Shown: positions 1 to 12,888 of the stretch, in pieces | Layout of the letters: every line of letters begins with the position of its first letter | Position numbering within the stretch: position 1 is the first letter of the stretch | Assembly: GCF_031769215.1 (NCBI RefSeq) | Contig: NW_026781959.1 | Coordinates: 682,001 to 746,000 of the forward strand | Source: Ylistrum balloti | Lineage: Eukaryota | Reading direction: 5' to 3' | DNA length: 64,000 nucleotides | Translations under genes and position numbers: made by a program | Notes under the pieces: model-generated | What the model saw: the letters and a program-made list of their open reading frames with translations, nothing else | The model's database searches: none | Told to the model about the DNA's origin: nothing

Positions 1-3000
1 TGTTTTAAGGGTCTCTAGACATCATGGCATGGTAATCTTGTTACGTGTTTTAAGGGTCTCTAGACATCATGTCATGGTTATCTTGTTACGTGTTTTAAGG
101 GTCTCTAGACATCATGGCATGGTTATCTTGCTTCATGTTTTAAGGGATTCTAGACATCATGGCATGGTTATCTTGCTTCATGTTTTAAGGGTCTCTAGAC
201 ATCATGTCATGGTTATCTTGTTACGTGTTTTAAGGGTCTCTAGACATCATGGCATGGTTATCTTGCTTCATGTTTTAAGGGATTCTAGACATCATGGCAT
301 GGGTCTCTAGACATCATTGCATGGTAATCTTGTTACGTGGTTTCTAGACATCATGGCATGGTAATCTTGTTACGTGTTTTAAGGGTCTCTAGACATCATG
401 GCATCTTGCCTCATGTTTTAAGGGTCTCTAGACATCATGGCATGGTAATCTTGTTATGTTTTAAGGGTCTCTAGACATCATGGCATGGTTATCTTGTTAC
501 GTGTTTTAAGGATCTCTAGACATCATGGCATGGTTATCTTGCTTCATGTTTTAAGGGTCTCTAGACATCATGGCATGGTAATCTTGTTACGTGTTTTAAG
601 GGATTCTAGACATCATGGCATCTTGTAATGTAAGGATCTCTCAACATCATGGCATGGTTATCTTTTCATGTTTTAAGGGATTCTAGACATCATGGCATGA
701 TTATCTTGCTTCATGTTTTAAGGGATTCTAGACATCATGGCATGGTAAATCTTGTTACGTGATTTAAGGATCTCTAGACATCATGGCATGGTAATCTTGT
801 TACGTGTTTTAAGGATCTCTAGACATCATGGCATGGTTATCTTGCTTCATGTTTTAAGGGATTCTAGACATCATGGCACGGTTATCTTGTAATGTTCTAA
901 GGATCTCTCAACATCATGGCATGGTTATCTTGCTTCATGTTTTAAGGGATTCTAGACATCATGGCACGGTTATCTTGTAATGTTCTAAGGATCTCTCAAC
1001 ATCATGGCATGGTTATCTTGCTTCATGTTTTAAGGGATTCTAGACATCATGGCATGGTAATCTTGCTTCATGTTTTAAGGGATTCTAGACATCATGGCAT
1101 GGTAATCTTGCTTCATGTTTTAAGGGTCTCTAGACATCATGGCATGGTAATCTTGTTACGTGTTTTAAGGGTCTCTAGACATCATGTCATGGTTATCTTG
1201 TATATGTTCTAAGGATCTCTCAACATCATGGCATGGTTATCTTGCTTCATGTTTTAAGGGTCTCTAGACATCATGGCATGGTAATCTTGTTACGTGTTTT
1301 AAGGGTCTCTAGACATCATGTCATGGTTATCTTGTTACGTGTTTTAAGGGTCTCTAGACATCATGTCATAGTTATCTTGCTTCATGTTTTAAGGGTCTCT
1401 AGACATCATGGCATGGTAATCTTGTTACGTGTTTTAAGGGTCTTTAGACATCATGGCATGGTTATCTTGCTTCATGTTTTAAGGGTCTCTAGACATCATG
1501 GCATGGTAATCTTGTTACGTGTTTTAAGGGTCTCTAGACATCATGGCATGGTAATCTTGTTACGTGTTTTAAGGGTCTCTAGACATCATAGCATGGTAAT
1601 CTTGTTACGTGTTTTAAGGGTCTCTAGACATCATGGCATGGTAATCTTGTTACGTGTTTTAAGGGTCTCTAGACATCATGTCATGGTTATCTTGTTACGT
1701 GTTTTAAGGATCTCTAGACATCATGGCATGGTTATCTTGCTTCATGTTTTAAGGGTCTTTAGACATCATGGCATGGTAATCTTGTTACGTGTTTTAAGGG
1801 ATTCTAGACATCATGGCACGGTTATCTTGTAATGTTCTAAGGATCTCTCAACATCATGGCATGGTTATCTTGCTTCATGTTTTAAGGGATTCTAGACATC
1901 ATGGCATGATTATCTTGCTTCATGTTTTAAGGGATTCTAGACATCATGGCATGGTAATCTTGTTACGTGATTTAAGGATCTCTAGACATCATGGCATGGT
2001 AATCTTGTTACGTGTTTTAAGGATCTCTAGACATCATGGCATGGTTATCTTGCTTCATGTTTTAAGGGATTCTAGACATCATGGCACGGTTATCTTGTAA
2101 TGTTCTAAGGATCTCTCAACATCATGGCATGGTTATCTTGCTTCATGTTTTAAGGGATTCTAGACATCATGGCACGGTTATCTTGTAATGTTCTAAGGAT
2201 CTCTCAACATCATGGCATGGTTATCTTGCTTCATGTTTTAAGGGATTCTAGACATCATGGCATGGTAATCTTGCTTCATGTTTTAAGGGATTCTAGACAT
2301 CATGGCATGGTAATCTTGCTTCATGTTTTAAGGGTCTCTAGACATCATGGCATGGTAATCTTGTTACGTGTTTTAAGGGTCTTTAGACATCATGTCATGG
2401 TTATCTTGTATATGTTCTAAGGATCTCTCAACATCATGGCATGGTTATCTTGCTTCATGTTTTAAGGGTCTCTAGACATCATGGCATGGTAATCTTGTTA
2501 CGTGTTTTAAGGGTCTCTAGACATCATGTCATGGTTATCTTGTTACGTGTTTTAAGGGTCTCTAGACATCATGTCATAGTTATCTTGCTTCATGTTTTAA
2601 GGGTCTCTAGACATCATGGCATGGTAATCTTGTTACGTGTTTTAAGGGTCTTTAGACATCATGGCATGGTTATCTTGCTTCATGTTTTAAGGGTCTCTAG
2701 ACATCATGGCATGGTAATCTTGTTACGTGTTTTAAGGGTCTCTAGACATCATGTCATGGTTATCTTGTTACGTGTTTTAAGGGTCTCTAGACATCATGTC
2801 ATAGTTATCTTGCTTCATGTTTTAAGGGTCTCTAGACATCATGGCATGGTAATCTTGTTACGTGTTTTAAGGGTCTCTAGACATCATGTCATGGTTATCT
2901 TGTTACGTGTTTTAAGGGTCTCTAGACATCATGGCATGGTAATCTTGTTACGTGTTTTAAGGGTCTCTAGACATCATGTCATGGTTATCTTGTTACGTGT

Positions 3001-3800
3001 TTTAAGGGTCTTTAGACATCATGGCATGGTTATCTTGCTTCATGTTTTAAGGGTCTCTAGACATCATGGCATGGTAATCTTGTTACGTGTTTTAAGGGTC
3101 TCTAGACATCATGTCATGGTTATCTTGTTACGTGTTTTAAGGGTCTCTAGACATCATGTCATAGTTATCTTGCTTCATGTTTTAAGGGTCTCTAGACATC
3201 ATGGCATGGTAATCTTGTTACGTGTTTTAAGGGTCTCTAGACATCATGTCATGGTTATCTTGTTACGTGTTTTAAGGGTCTCTAGACATCATGGCATGGT
3301 AATCTTGTTACGTGTTTTAAGGGTCTCTAGACATCATGGCATGGTAATCTTGTTACGTGTTTTAAGGATCTCTAGACATCATGGCATGGTGATCTTGCTT
3401 CATGTTTTAAGGGTCTCTAGACATCATGGCATGGTAATCTTGTTACGTGTTTTAAGGGATTCTAGACATCATGTCATGGTTATCTTGTATATGTTCTAAG
3501 GATCTCTCAACATCATGGCATGGTTATCTTGCTTCATGTTTTAAGGGTCTCTAGACATCATGGCATGGTAATCTTGTTACGTGTTTTAAGGGTCTCTAGA
3601 CATCATGGCATGGTAATCTTGTTACGTGTTTTAAGGGTCTTTAGACATCATGGCATGGTTATCTTGCTTCATGTTTTAAGGGTCTCTAGACATCATGGCA
3701 TGGTAATCTTGTTACGTGTTTTAAAGGTCTTTAGACATCATGGCATGGCTATCTTGCTTCATGTTTTAAGGGTCTCTAGACATCATGGCATGGTTATCTT
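1..3800. repeat. 45-bp tandem satellite, about 85 copies in the window, continuing off the left edge
   Basis: Unit TGTTTTAAGGGTCTCTAGACATCATGGCATGGTAATCTTGTTACG (45 nt), with an XbaI site TCTAGA in most copies. Variants GGTAATCTTGTTACG and GGTTATCTTGCTTCA are interleaved. The 15-aa periodic ORFs (MVILLRVLRVSRHHG) are by-products. Confidence 0.98.
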
Positions 3801-4230
3801 GCTACATGTTCCACAGTGTCTCTTGACATCATGGTGCAAGTCTTTTGTTTATGCATATATGGTGCCGATTGCTTGCATGGACATCTTGCCTCCTGTTCCA
3901 ACGTGTCTTAATTTTGACATCGTGGTGTGGCTGTCTTGCTACATGTTCCACCTTGTCTCGTGACATCATATCGTGGTTCTTTTGTCACACGTTCTACAGT
4001 GTCACTTAAGATCATAGTGTGGGTCACTTCTCACATGTAATGATGTTCCACAATGTCTCTTACGACACGGCGTCAGTCTCTTGTCTCATGTTCCGCTTTG
4101 TCTCACAAAACGGCTCTTTTGTTTCCGCATATGCCATGGTGTTGTTTTTTTTTTAGGCGGCGTGGTTCTCTTGACGCATTTTCCACGGTTTCTCTCGGCA
4201 TCGTGACATAGTACTCTCACCTGATGTTTT
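3800..4230. repeat. Highly degenerate continuation of the satellite with ~45-bp periodicity
   Basis: Recurring CTTGYYWCATGTTCCA...GTCTC...GACATC motifs at roughly 43-47 nt spacing, decaying away from the homogeneous array. Confidence 0.6.
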
Positions 4231-4407
4231 ATACACAGTGTATTATGTTAGAGATAAAAAAGAAGCCACGTAATTATGGCTTTCGATCCAATGTCATTTA
4301 TGACAATCAGTCAATTCACAAATACATTTTTGTATGACTAAGTATTCCATCATAAATTAACAAACGAGTAACAAAAATGCAACGGTTGACTTGTACTTAT
4401 TCCTTAC

Positions 4408-4546
4408 CAACAAACAATAAATAATATTTACATGACAACACCACGATGTAAACAATGTAGAAAGCGGCACGATGAATTATATCTAGTGCGTGAATATTAT
4501 ACGTCATTTTTGTGGCCATGGAAACGGCGACGGCTTCCAGATCCAT
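4408..4546 (-). CDS. Possible first coding exon of an unidentified gene running off the left edge
   Basis: Minus-strand ATG at 4546 opens MDLEAVAVSMATKMTYNIHALDIIHRAAFYIVYIVVLSCKYYLLFV, which ends at a G|GTAAGG donor (4407). It lies in a CpG-rich patch and has a hydrophobic second half. No downstream exon was seen. Confidence 0.25.
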
Positions 4547-4904
4547 TTGGCGAATTACACCGTCGATAATGATTACTTTATTAGCGGCATAACATTTAAC
4601 ATCGACTGGTTTTGGTATTTATGGTCGTAATTAATGACAGTCACGTGGACAAACATACCACACCTGACTGCCTGCAACGACGTGAATCATGAAAATGATT
4701 TCAAGCTGTGCAATAGATTGTTCTCAAAGGAAATGTTTTACATCGTTATTTTTAAGGGAGAAAGATAAACATATCACTCTCGAATTAAGACACAAATAGC
4801 CCTCCAGGTTTGGAGGTTTATTTTTTTCTGTATTAAGCTCTATGGTATGATGTGGATTTCCGAACAAAAGGGTTTCTAAATTGACTTCTACATTTAATAA
4901 CATA

Positions 4905-5037
4905 NNNNNNNNNNNNNNNNNNNNNNNNNNNNNNNNNNNNNNNNNNNNNNNNNNNNNNNNNNNNNNNNNNNNNNNNNNNNNNNNNNNNNNNNNNNNNNNN
5001 NNNNNNNNNNNNNNNNNNNNNNNNNNNNNNNNNNNNN
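4905..5037. other. Assembly gap (N run)
   Basis: About 130 consecutive N. Confidence 0.99.
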
Positions 5038-6283
5038 TGAGCGTGCATTAAACCTTACTGATTATATAACAATGGATTTACAATAAAATAGTTATACATT
5101 TAATCATAAACCAAAGATTTTACGGTAGATAAAAGTGAAATCGGTCTGTAATTAGTTAGAGAATGTCTGACACATGTTTAAAACATTGACATAATATAAT
5201 TTATCAAGGTAAATCCAAGCAGAATTCAGACCGTTTCTGTTGTAGTTTTCAACATATGGTGCATGATTCCATCCCAACCTGAGGCCTGGCCGATTTTGAG
5301 GGCGCCAAACGTATCAGAATATTACTGTTGGACAATCTATTTTATGGAATTTAAACACTTATCAGTTTTAAAGTTAACAACAGACATAGGAAGATTTCTG
5401 TCATTATATATTATTATCTCGTTACACAGCAAAATTGTTTAACAAGTTAGTTTTATTTTCGTCTTACGTAACAATATCACATATAATAGGTTCTTTGATA
5501 TGAAGTCACAGAAGAATTTAGAAGAAGCAGATAAAAAAAAGATAGCACTCTGTAATTATTACCTGATATATTTAAAATTGTAACAACACATCCAAAAAGA
5601 TGCAGTGAGGCCGTTTTAACTTAGATTCATACGGTCTCCGTTCCGTTGATATATGTTATGATATGCAATTTGTATGTGATGTCATTCAATTACACGTATC
5701 TAAATCTGACTTCAAAGTGGATTATCACACATTGACTTGAATACTGTACTGTACAGTACTGTGTAACTTAAATATATATATATATATCCGATACTCAAGT
5801 CTATTTCCTTGCACGTTTGTAGTTATAAAAAAACAGCTTGAATACACTCAACACATTTAATACAAGTTAAGTTATAGAAATCATAATTACAAGCGATGTA
5901 AGGGTAAATGCCAAAACCCTTTCAAGTTATGTTTATTGTTTTGATTGCATAACAAGGAAGCGAATTCATATTTTCAAATCTGCCGCTAAAATACTATTTC
6001 CGGACCAAGAAATAAATTACTTAACCCGAGCAATTCAAATAAACCATAGCTGTATTGATAATATGTTGTGAATCGTTGGAGATTTTGTTTTAGTATTAAA
6101 CTTTCATATACAGCCAAAGAATAAAGCAATGTTGCTAAGAATAATACATTACATAAAGATAAACTAAATAACAAAATATGTAAGCATCTAAAACACTTCT
6201 CGATATGGGTTCGGTTATCGAACTAGGCGAGATTGGTACGCGCTTTAGATTACTACACTATATGTATTTCATTCACTGACGAA

Positions 6284-9200
6284 ATGGCGGTCAACTTTAC
6301 CGTGTATACCCCAGAACAGTTGAGAGGATTCGCCCAACAATTTCTTGAAGCATATTATGGCTTTTTGGATGGACCTGCAGCAAGTAGATCAGCGATTGCT
6401 CAACTTTATAACGTAAGGCGACATCTTGTCATGCCGTAGGATGTTGTGGGACCATGGCGTAAAGACGCATGGTTTCACTTTTCAACGTGATTTCCCACGG
6501 GTTTATAGAACATCATTGGATTTGAGATGATGTGCTTGATTGCGAACGTGTCCTCTCAGGTCAGAGGATAAAATTCTCTCAACTACATCACAATGGTGTA
6601 CGTGTAAGTCATAAAGTGTCTTTAGAAATAACCAGACAAAATGGCATAGTCTACATTTGGAGGCAAAAGTTTAGAGTACGTTTTCTAGGTAGACAAGTTA
6701 ACACATAACTGTTATATGTTTGTACCATTCAGTACAGCGAAATTTTAATCAAATCGACAGGCACAGCAATGACATGCATAGGGATTTAGAATGCGCTCGC
6801 CTGTTTTCCATGACTAATTCTGTAACTTTGCTAATTAAAAACTCAGCAAACAGCACATTTATAACATTTTGTTTGTTTGCGAACAAAGTTAAGAACATAA
6901 AAATAACCGTCAGTGGTGTCATTAGTTTTTTCAAACACTTTATGCCTTAATACAATGTACACTTATTTGTTGAAAGGATTTTCATCCCACATAAAACGAC
7001 AGTGATTACCATTTAGCATTACTGACCTACCACCCTGGATGTACAGACACAAGTAGCCAAACGCATCTGACTCTTGCTAAAATGTGTTGTGGAGCCCTAT
7101 CATGGAGCTATTGCTTGTCTACTCATTTGAAAAAGGAAATTGGTTACTTTGTACCCATTCAAATTCATATGGCACAGGAATTTGTAACCAGGCATATGGC
7201 TAACCAAACCAAGTCCTATGTGTAAAAGAAGTCTTAGTCTTCTTTTTGTCATGATTGCATTGGTGGATCTGCGTCCACTTATTTTGGAAGCGACTTAAGT
7301 CGACATGCAGACAGGTCGTCGTAGGCAACATTGGTTGACAATTTTTATATGCTTGTTTCAATAATGCTGCCACTGTTTTCGGATATTTTCCGGAAAATAT
7401 TTGGCGCTGAGCTGTACATTGTAAGAGATAATTGGCACCGAAAGGATTAAAAGTTGAACTCAAAGTGTGCTTGAAATTGTCTAAAACAACTTAAGATGCT
7501 AAAAACTAAAGATAAATTTACATGCTGATGGTGTATTAGTCCATCTATGAAAAGAAAATTTGTATGAAAACGCAACATTAATATAAGAATCCATAAAAAG
7601 TCACTTTCGCCCTACTGTGTTAACAGTTTGGTAGCTTCGGGTAGTACAAAAGATGAATAAGAAATGAAACAGAAAGTATAGAGGCACAGTTGGTTTTATC
7701 TTATGGTTAAATGCAACACAGTTACAGTTTCAGCCTATTGTACCAGCCTTTAGAACTAGCTGTTGCTGTGAATTCTGGCTTTCTAATTGGTGGAAATACT
7801 TCCAACAATTTACCAGCAACCCCTAGCGGCAGTCTTTTGCAGAGAGATTGACTCTATCTCTCAAAACAGTGTTATGCTGGTGATGTGTCTTCAGACACTA
7901 TTGGCTAAAATACTTTAAGAAGTTCGCGACATCAAAAAATGTATTGCTAATATGATTATGATACATCTTTGTACTGAGTTTCACATTGGTAATTGTAAAA
8001 ATGATTGAGTTGTGGAGAGATTAAATTTTCGTTGATCGCCAACGGTGTATCACACTTATGTGTTCATATAATAAGGAATAAAATCAATTACATGTAAGAA
8101 TTCATTCCATAATCTTTTATGACTGTATATATAACACCTGATTTTCTCTGGTTGATATTATTACAGACAAGGCAATTAGGATCTCCATGAGTGAAGTTTT
8201 CTTTCATATCCCGTTGTCATATTATGTGCACACCAGCTGACACAAACTGAGGCCCCAACTCTGTATCGCAGAGCATCTAATGTAGGCAAGTGTACTTTGT
8301 CAAAAATTAACAATATTTCACTAAAACTTGATAAGATGATCATGTGAAAGGTATGCTTCATAAACACCAATGAGGTTGATTTTGATAAATAATAAATCGG
8401 TAGTCATAAGACCCTATGCAGGCTCTGCATACTAATATGTAAACGCTAATTTCTGCGAAGACACCAGGAGACAAGTGCACATGGCTTCTCTGTCATTATA
8501 TAAACATGAAAGAATAAAAATCCATCTTGTCATTTCTTAACAGTCAAAAATGTAAGTGTTTCAACGGTTGTCATGTATCATCGAAATATTTTTTGATGTT
8601 CTAGCAGGCCACTGTCTTACAAGTTGCTATCATGCTTTTAAACGTTTAGCCCTAATTTTGGATGATGTTGACTGGGATAGTGAAAATTTTTAAAAAAATT
8701 TTGTCGCTCATAAATTTTTTTTTGCGTCACAGATAATCCAAACAATCATTTATGGCAGCCTCACAAAATCTTTGATCTTTCCATCATAAAAAACCCTGAA
8801 AAGTCCTATAGCTACACCTGCACTCCCTACTTTGGTGGACCTTTAATTTATTATGAAAACTGTGTACTTTATGGCTGGTTTTTACGGTAGCAAAATAAAC
8901 CATTTATTATATGCAGTAAATTTGGTTTGAACTCAATATCCAAAACCAATGCAAGTGGCAGTCTTTTGATTTCAAACTTTAACATATTTCTTTGAATTGT
9001 ACATTTTGCACAAAATTCACTGATTTGATTGAAAATGTATTCAAAATTTCAAATTTGGTTAATGATAGTGATCTTCTATAAAAGTGTTTGATTTTTTTTT
9101 ATGTAATTGATTATGGCTTGTTTTTTTTTTTTTATGTAATTGCTTATGGCTTGCATTTAAAGTTACAAATACACAAGAAATGCAATAATATTATCAATGT

Positions 9201-12200
9201 GTTTAGTCTTTCAGTAATCTCAGTACTTTAATTTTATAAATGTTGGGGCATGGCTCTTGAGGGAGGGAGGGGCAGGGCCCTATATGGGATAAAGAGTTTT
9301 TAAATCACCTGGCTGGAAGGACTGACTGAATAACTGAATTAGCCATATGAGCAATGCAGGCCCCATAGGCCTCTTGCTAATGAAAGTCACCTGATGTTAC
9401 AATGATCAGTAATTTGTTCAAAGCCTGTCGAAGCAAACTAAAGTTTTTTATCCAAATTGTTTACAATTATTAAAAGATGGATTTAACGCAGGCAGCACAT
9501 GATATATTAGTCATAAAAATTACATAGATATTGCTTATATTTTGTAATGTATTCATCATGTTTTCTAAACAATCTTTTTGTTAACCAGATAACAATGCTT
9601 GAACTTAATTTGGGATAGTGAATCATACTGGCTGTTGTAATGTTAATCAGTCCTAATTTATCAACAATACTACATTTGTGTTTAAATATATATTATGTCA
9701 CAAATACAAGAAACATATATCCAAATCATGTAATTCCTTTTGTTAAGAACCCAAATTATTTCTTTGATATATAGAAAACGTTATTCTAGAGGAAATATTC
9801 TGTACCAATATTAGCCTAGCCCAAAACTCTGGATTTGAAATAAACATTATCAAATATTCCAAATGATGCTCTGGGGAAAAAAATTGGCCAACATTCCTTT
9901 TTTCAGAACAAAAAAAGAAAGATTGGAAAGACTTACTTGTGTTTTATCCACTAAGCCCATTTGTTCTGCCCCCAGTGGGTCCAGATTCTCCATTTAGGCA
10001 AAATGGATTTCCCTTTCCAAAGGATTCTCCATTTGAACAAAATCAATTTAACTGAATATTCTGTACATGTATAAACTATTTTCTTGGCTATATGCCTATA
10101 TGCATGCCCACATGGACACCAATGCAGGTTAAGGAAAATGCTAAGAAACAGTAAATTCATACTAATTATGTTTGCTTGTAGATACTGATTGAGCTAGAGT
10201 ATACAATGTGCATTAAGTTCATGCTTTGCAAATGTAGGTCATTTATCCCTGTTAAAGAAACTTATGTACCTGGGTAAGTATTGTCTGCAAAGTCCTGAAG
10301 AATAGTTGTTTACAGATTATCATTAGGAAACATGGCACAAATGTGCCTTGCATTTCTTATGATATTACTTGAATTTCTTTAAAAAGATAATTGATTTGTT
10401 TAGATTTTTTACACACGAGATATCCATACTGTTTTTTTTGTTTTAGGACAACTGCCAGATGACATATGAAGGTGACAAGTTTGTAGGGAAGGCTGCAGTT
10501 GAAGCAAAATTTGCTGTAAGTTTATTACTGTGAAAAATTTCTTTGTGTTGCATAGTGTTGGAGCTCACTGATATAGTCTGAATTCATTTTATAATGCTAT
10601 CATGTAATACGAAAGCCCTGAAGCAAATGAGCAAAGTTTCCGTCATCCTCTAACAAAAATATGCTTTCACAAAAAATAAATTAAGCAGTGTAATTAGAGA
10701 AGAAAAAAACTGCACCAATTTCAATTCATTTTTGCAAGAAGCATCTGTAACCCTGGTAAATTTTTGCCACAATATACCGCTCAGCTAGAGAGAACTTTTC
10801 TTTAGCTTGATCGGTTGAGCCACAGACTAGTAAGCCAGGGATTCCAGAGTTGAATCCTGGCAGAGACATTGAATTAAATAATGACCTCTGTTACATTGGC
10901 AACCACTTAGCTGTAACCCCTGGAAACTGGAGTTATTTCCTGTTGGGGGAGTATGTAACCCTGGTTAATGCTAGTGGTAATACACTGCTCGGCTAGAGAG
11001 AACATTTCTTTAGCTTGATTGGTGTAGCATCAGACTAAGTGCTAAGATAAGATTACAGCAAAAGTAAACGAGTCTTCAATGTTTTTTAAAATCTTTTCTT
11101 CTTCCTAATCAAAAAAGTTTCTTGTATTTAACTTGTAATGGTTTTATATTCATTGGAAGGTGTTGAACTGGTAAAGTTTTATGAGTTACATGTATATCCA
11201 TCCCCTCCTTTCACAATATTACATAAAGTTTACACCATGATTATGCATTATGACAGGAAAAGAAGACCAGATTAGAATTTTGTTGAACATTTAGGACCTT
11301 GCAGTTTTTGTAAAAATTATTTCGTCATAATAAAATAATTTTTCTACCTAGTATGATATATATACTTACACCATGATTCATTTTGTATCATTTCTCTTCA
11401 TTTACAGACTTTACACAGTATTATGACTATGGTGCACGACATTTCCTCAGTTGATGTACAAGCTGTGAGTGAAAATGCTGTGTTCATTGTAGTGCTTGGA
11501 CAATTTAAGGTAATGTGAGGAAGTTAACAACTGAAGTCCCACTTATCAACTTTCAAGTCTGTCATTTGCTTACGATTTTTTGCATTCTTTTTCATTAGAA
11601 TAGCTAGAGCTGAATTTCAAAGGGATTAAACTTTCAAAGAATGAGACATGTTAAATCCTGGAAGATGTTACTAGACAACACTAGATAAGAATTTCAATAG
11701 AGATGATCATTTGGTAGTTTTGGTGGCAGACAAATTGAACACTTTCTCTTTCCTAGAACCTTTAATATACTGTGGTTACAGTTTGATTGGTTTGGCCCAT
11801 GTTTCCCTGCCTTACTGATAGGGTCCCTTAAATTGCCCTTGGTTAACTGGTAGGTGCCAAGCTTCTTCGCCTCCCTTGAAGGACCTGCTGTCACTGATGG
11901 GGCTGGAGTTTCCCTTTCTCAGTTGAGGGGCCGAAGTTTTCCTGGCTAATTGGTCAGGTCCGAGTTTCCCTGCTTTATTGATAGAGCCTGATGTTTCCCT
12001 GTCCTAATGGTAGAGCCATAGTTTCTTTGCTCTACTGGAAGGGCCTAAGTTTTCCTTGCTCACAATAAGGTACAGGTTTCTCTCCTTTACTGGTTGAGCC
12101 TTTGTTTCCCAGTCTCAATTCTACTGGTAGGGCCTTAGTTTCCTTGCCTCATCTGTAGGATAAAAAATTTCCATGCCTGATGTGATTGATTAAAGTTTCC

Positions 12201-12888
12201 TTGCCTTACTGGTAAAGTTTTCACTGGTACACTGTTTTGGGGCTAGGCTTTCCTGTTTTTCTACCTCACTTGTAGCATCTTTTAAAAGTTTCCATACAAC
12301 CTATCATTACTTTATGTCAGTTGCTGTATTTTGCCTGTGTGGTATTGATTGTGTGTATGCGTACATAAGAGTTATGTCCCTTCATTTATGCTTGAGTTAC
12401 CTTAGAATTTTTATGATATCTGCGTTGATAGTGTGGAAATTTTCAAAATTTGAAAACTCAATTTAATTGCAGTGGTATCATATACTGATTCATTGTCATC
12501 TCAAACTCTGTATACCTTAGTGTAAATATGCCTTGCACTGGCGATTCGTCTGATTAAGATAACCATCATCATCAAATGTCACACATTACCATCTTACAGG
12601 TTGTGATATAAGCACTGATGTTATATGTATACTTACCAACCTGGTTCCTTTGAGTTAATGTATTTGGGCTGTTAACAAGACTTATAATATTAGATATTTC
12701 ATTACATGATTCTAACTTGATGTATCAGTGTTGTGACATTTGTGAAATGTTATCTATTGTATCTGTTACAGACTGAAGACCAAGAACATGCCCTTGGATT
12801 TACGCAGACTTTCTTTGTGATGGGTATGAATGGAAGGTTCATGATACTAAACGATATTTTTCGGCTTGCACTGTTTAACAATGCCTAA
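6284..12888 (+). CDS. NUTF2: Nuclear transport factor 2-like protein, 138 aa, divergent
   Basis: Four phase-0 exons with AG/GT ends: 6284-6412 (MAVNFTVYTPEQLRGFAQQFLEAYYGFLDGPAASRSAIAQLYN), 10447-10515 (DNCQMTYEGDKFVGKAAVEAKFA), 11408-11509 (TLHSIMTMVHDISSVDVQAVSENAVFIVVLGQFK), 12772-12888 (TEDQEHALGFTQTFFVMGMNGRFMILNDIFRLALFNNA*). The motifs TxEG..F.GKAA, GQxK and NDxFRLAL match NTF2 rather than NXT1. Confidence 0.88.
10746..11037 (+). mobile_element. TRIM-like miniature LTR retroelement with a tRNA-derived segment in the LTR
   Basis: 5' LTR 10746-10895 bounded by TGTAAC...GTTACA; PBS-like TGGCAACCAC at 10897-10906; 58-bp internal region; PPT GGGGGAG at 10945-10951; second LTR from 10954 (TGTAACCCTGG..., ~80% identical by eye over 84 nt), truncated near 11037. 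Confidence 0.75.
11790..12230. repeat. Degenerate ~27-30-bp minisatellite in NTF2 intron 3
   Basis: Recurring GTTTCCYTGCYYTACTGGTAGRGCCT-like units, e.g. near 11970, 11990, 12020 and 12195. Confidence 0.6.

Noticed and set aside
1-3800. CRISPR-like appearance of regular repeats with internal palindromes
   Set aside because: Monomers are head-to-tail with no unique spacers, there are no cas genes, and the context is eukaryotic.
29-3963. Long ORFs with (MVILLRVLRVSRHHG)n
   Set aside because: They follow directly from a 45-bp (3n) satellite unit lacking stops in one frame; frames break wherever 43/44-bp monomers occur; no splice or promoter context.
7437-7482. CCGAAAGG...GTGCTTGAAATTGTC resembling a bit of LSU rRNA
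   Set aside because: Only about 15 nt of similarity, with no flanking rRNA sequence.
10796-10870. Functional tRNA-Thr(AGT) gene
   Set aside because: Acceptor and anticodon stems do not pair and the T-loop lacks the C of TTC; it is better explained as a tRNA-derived part of the LTR.
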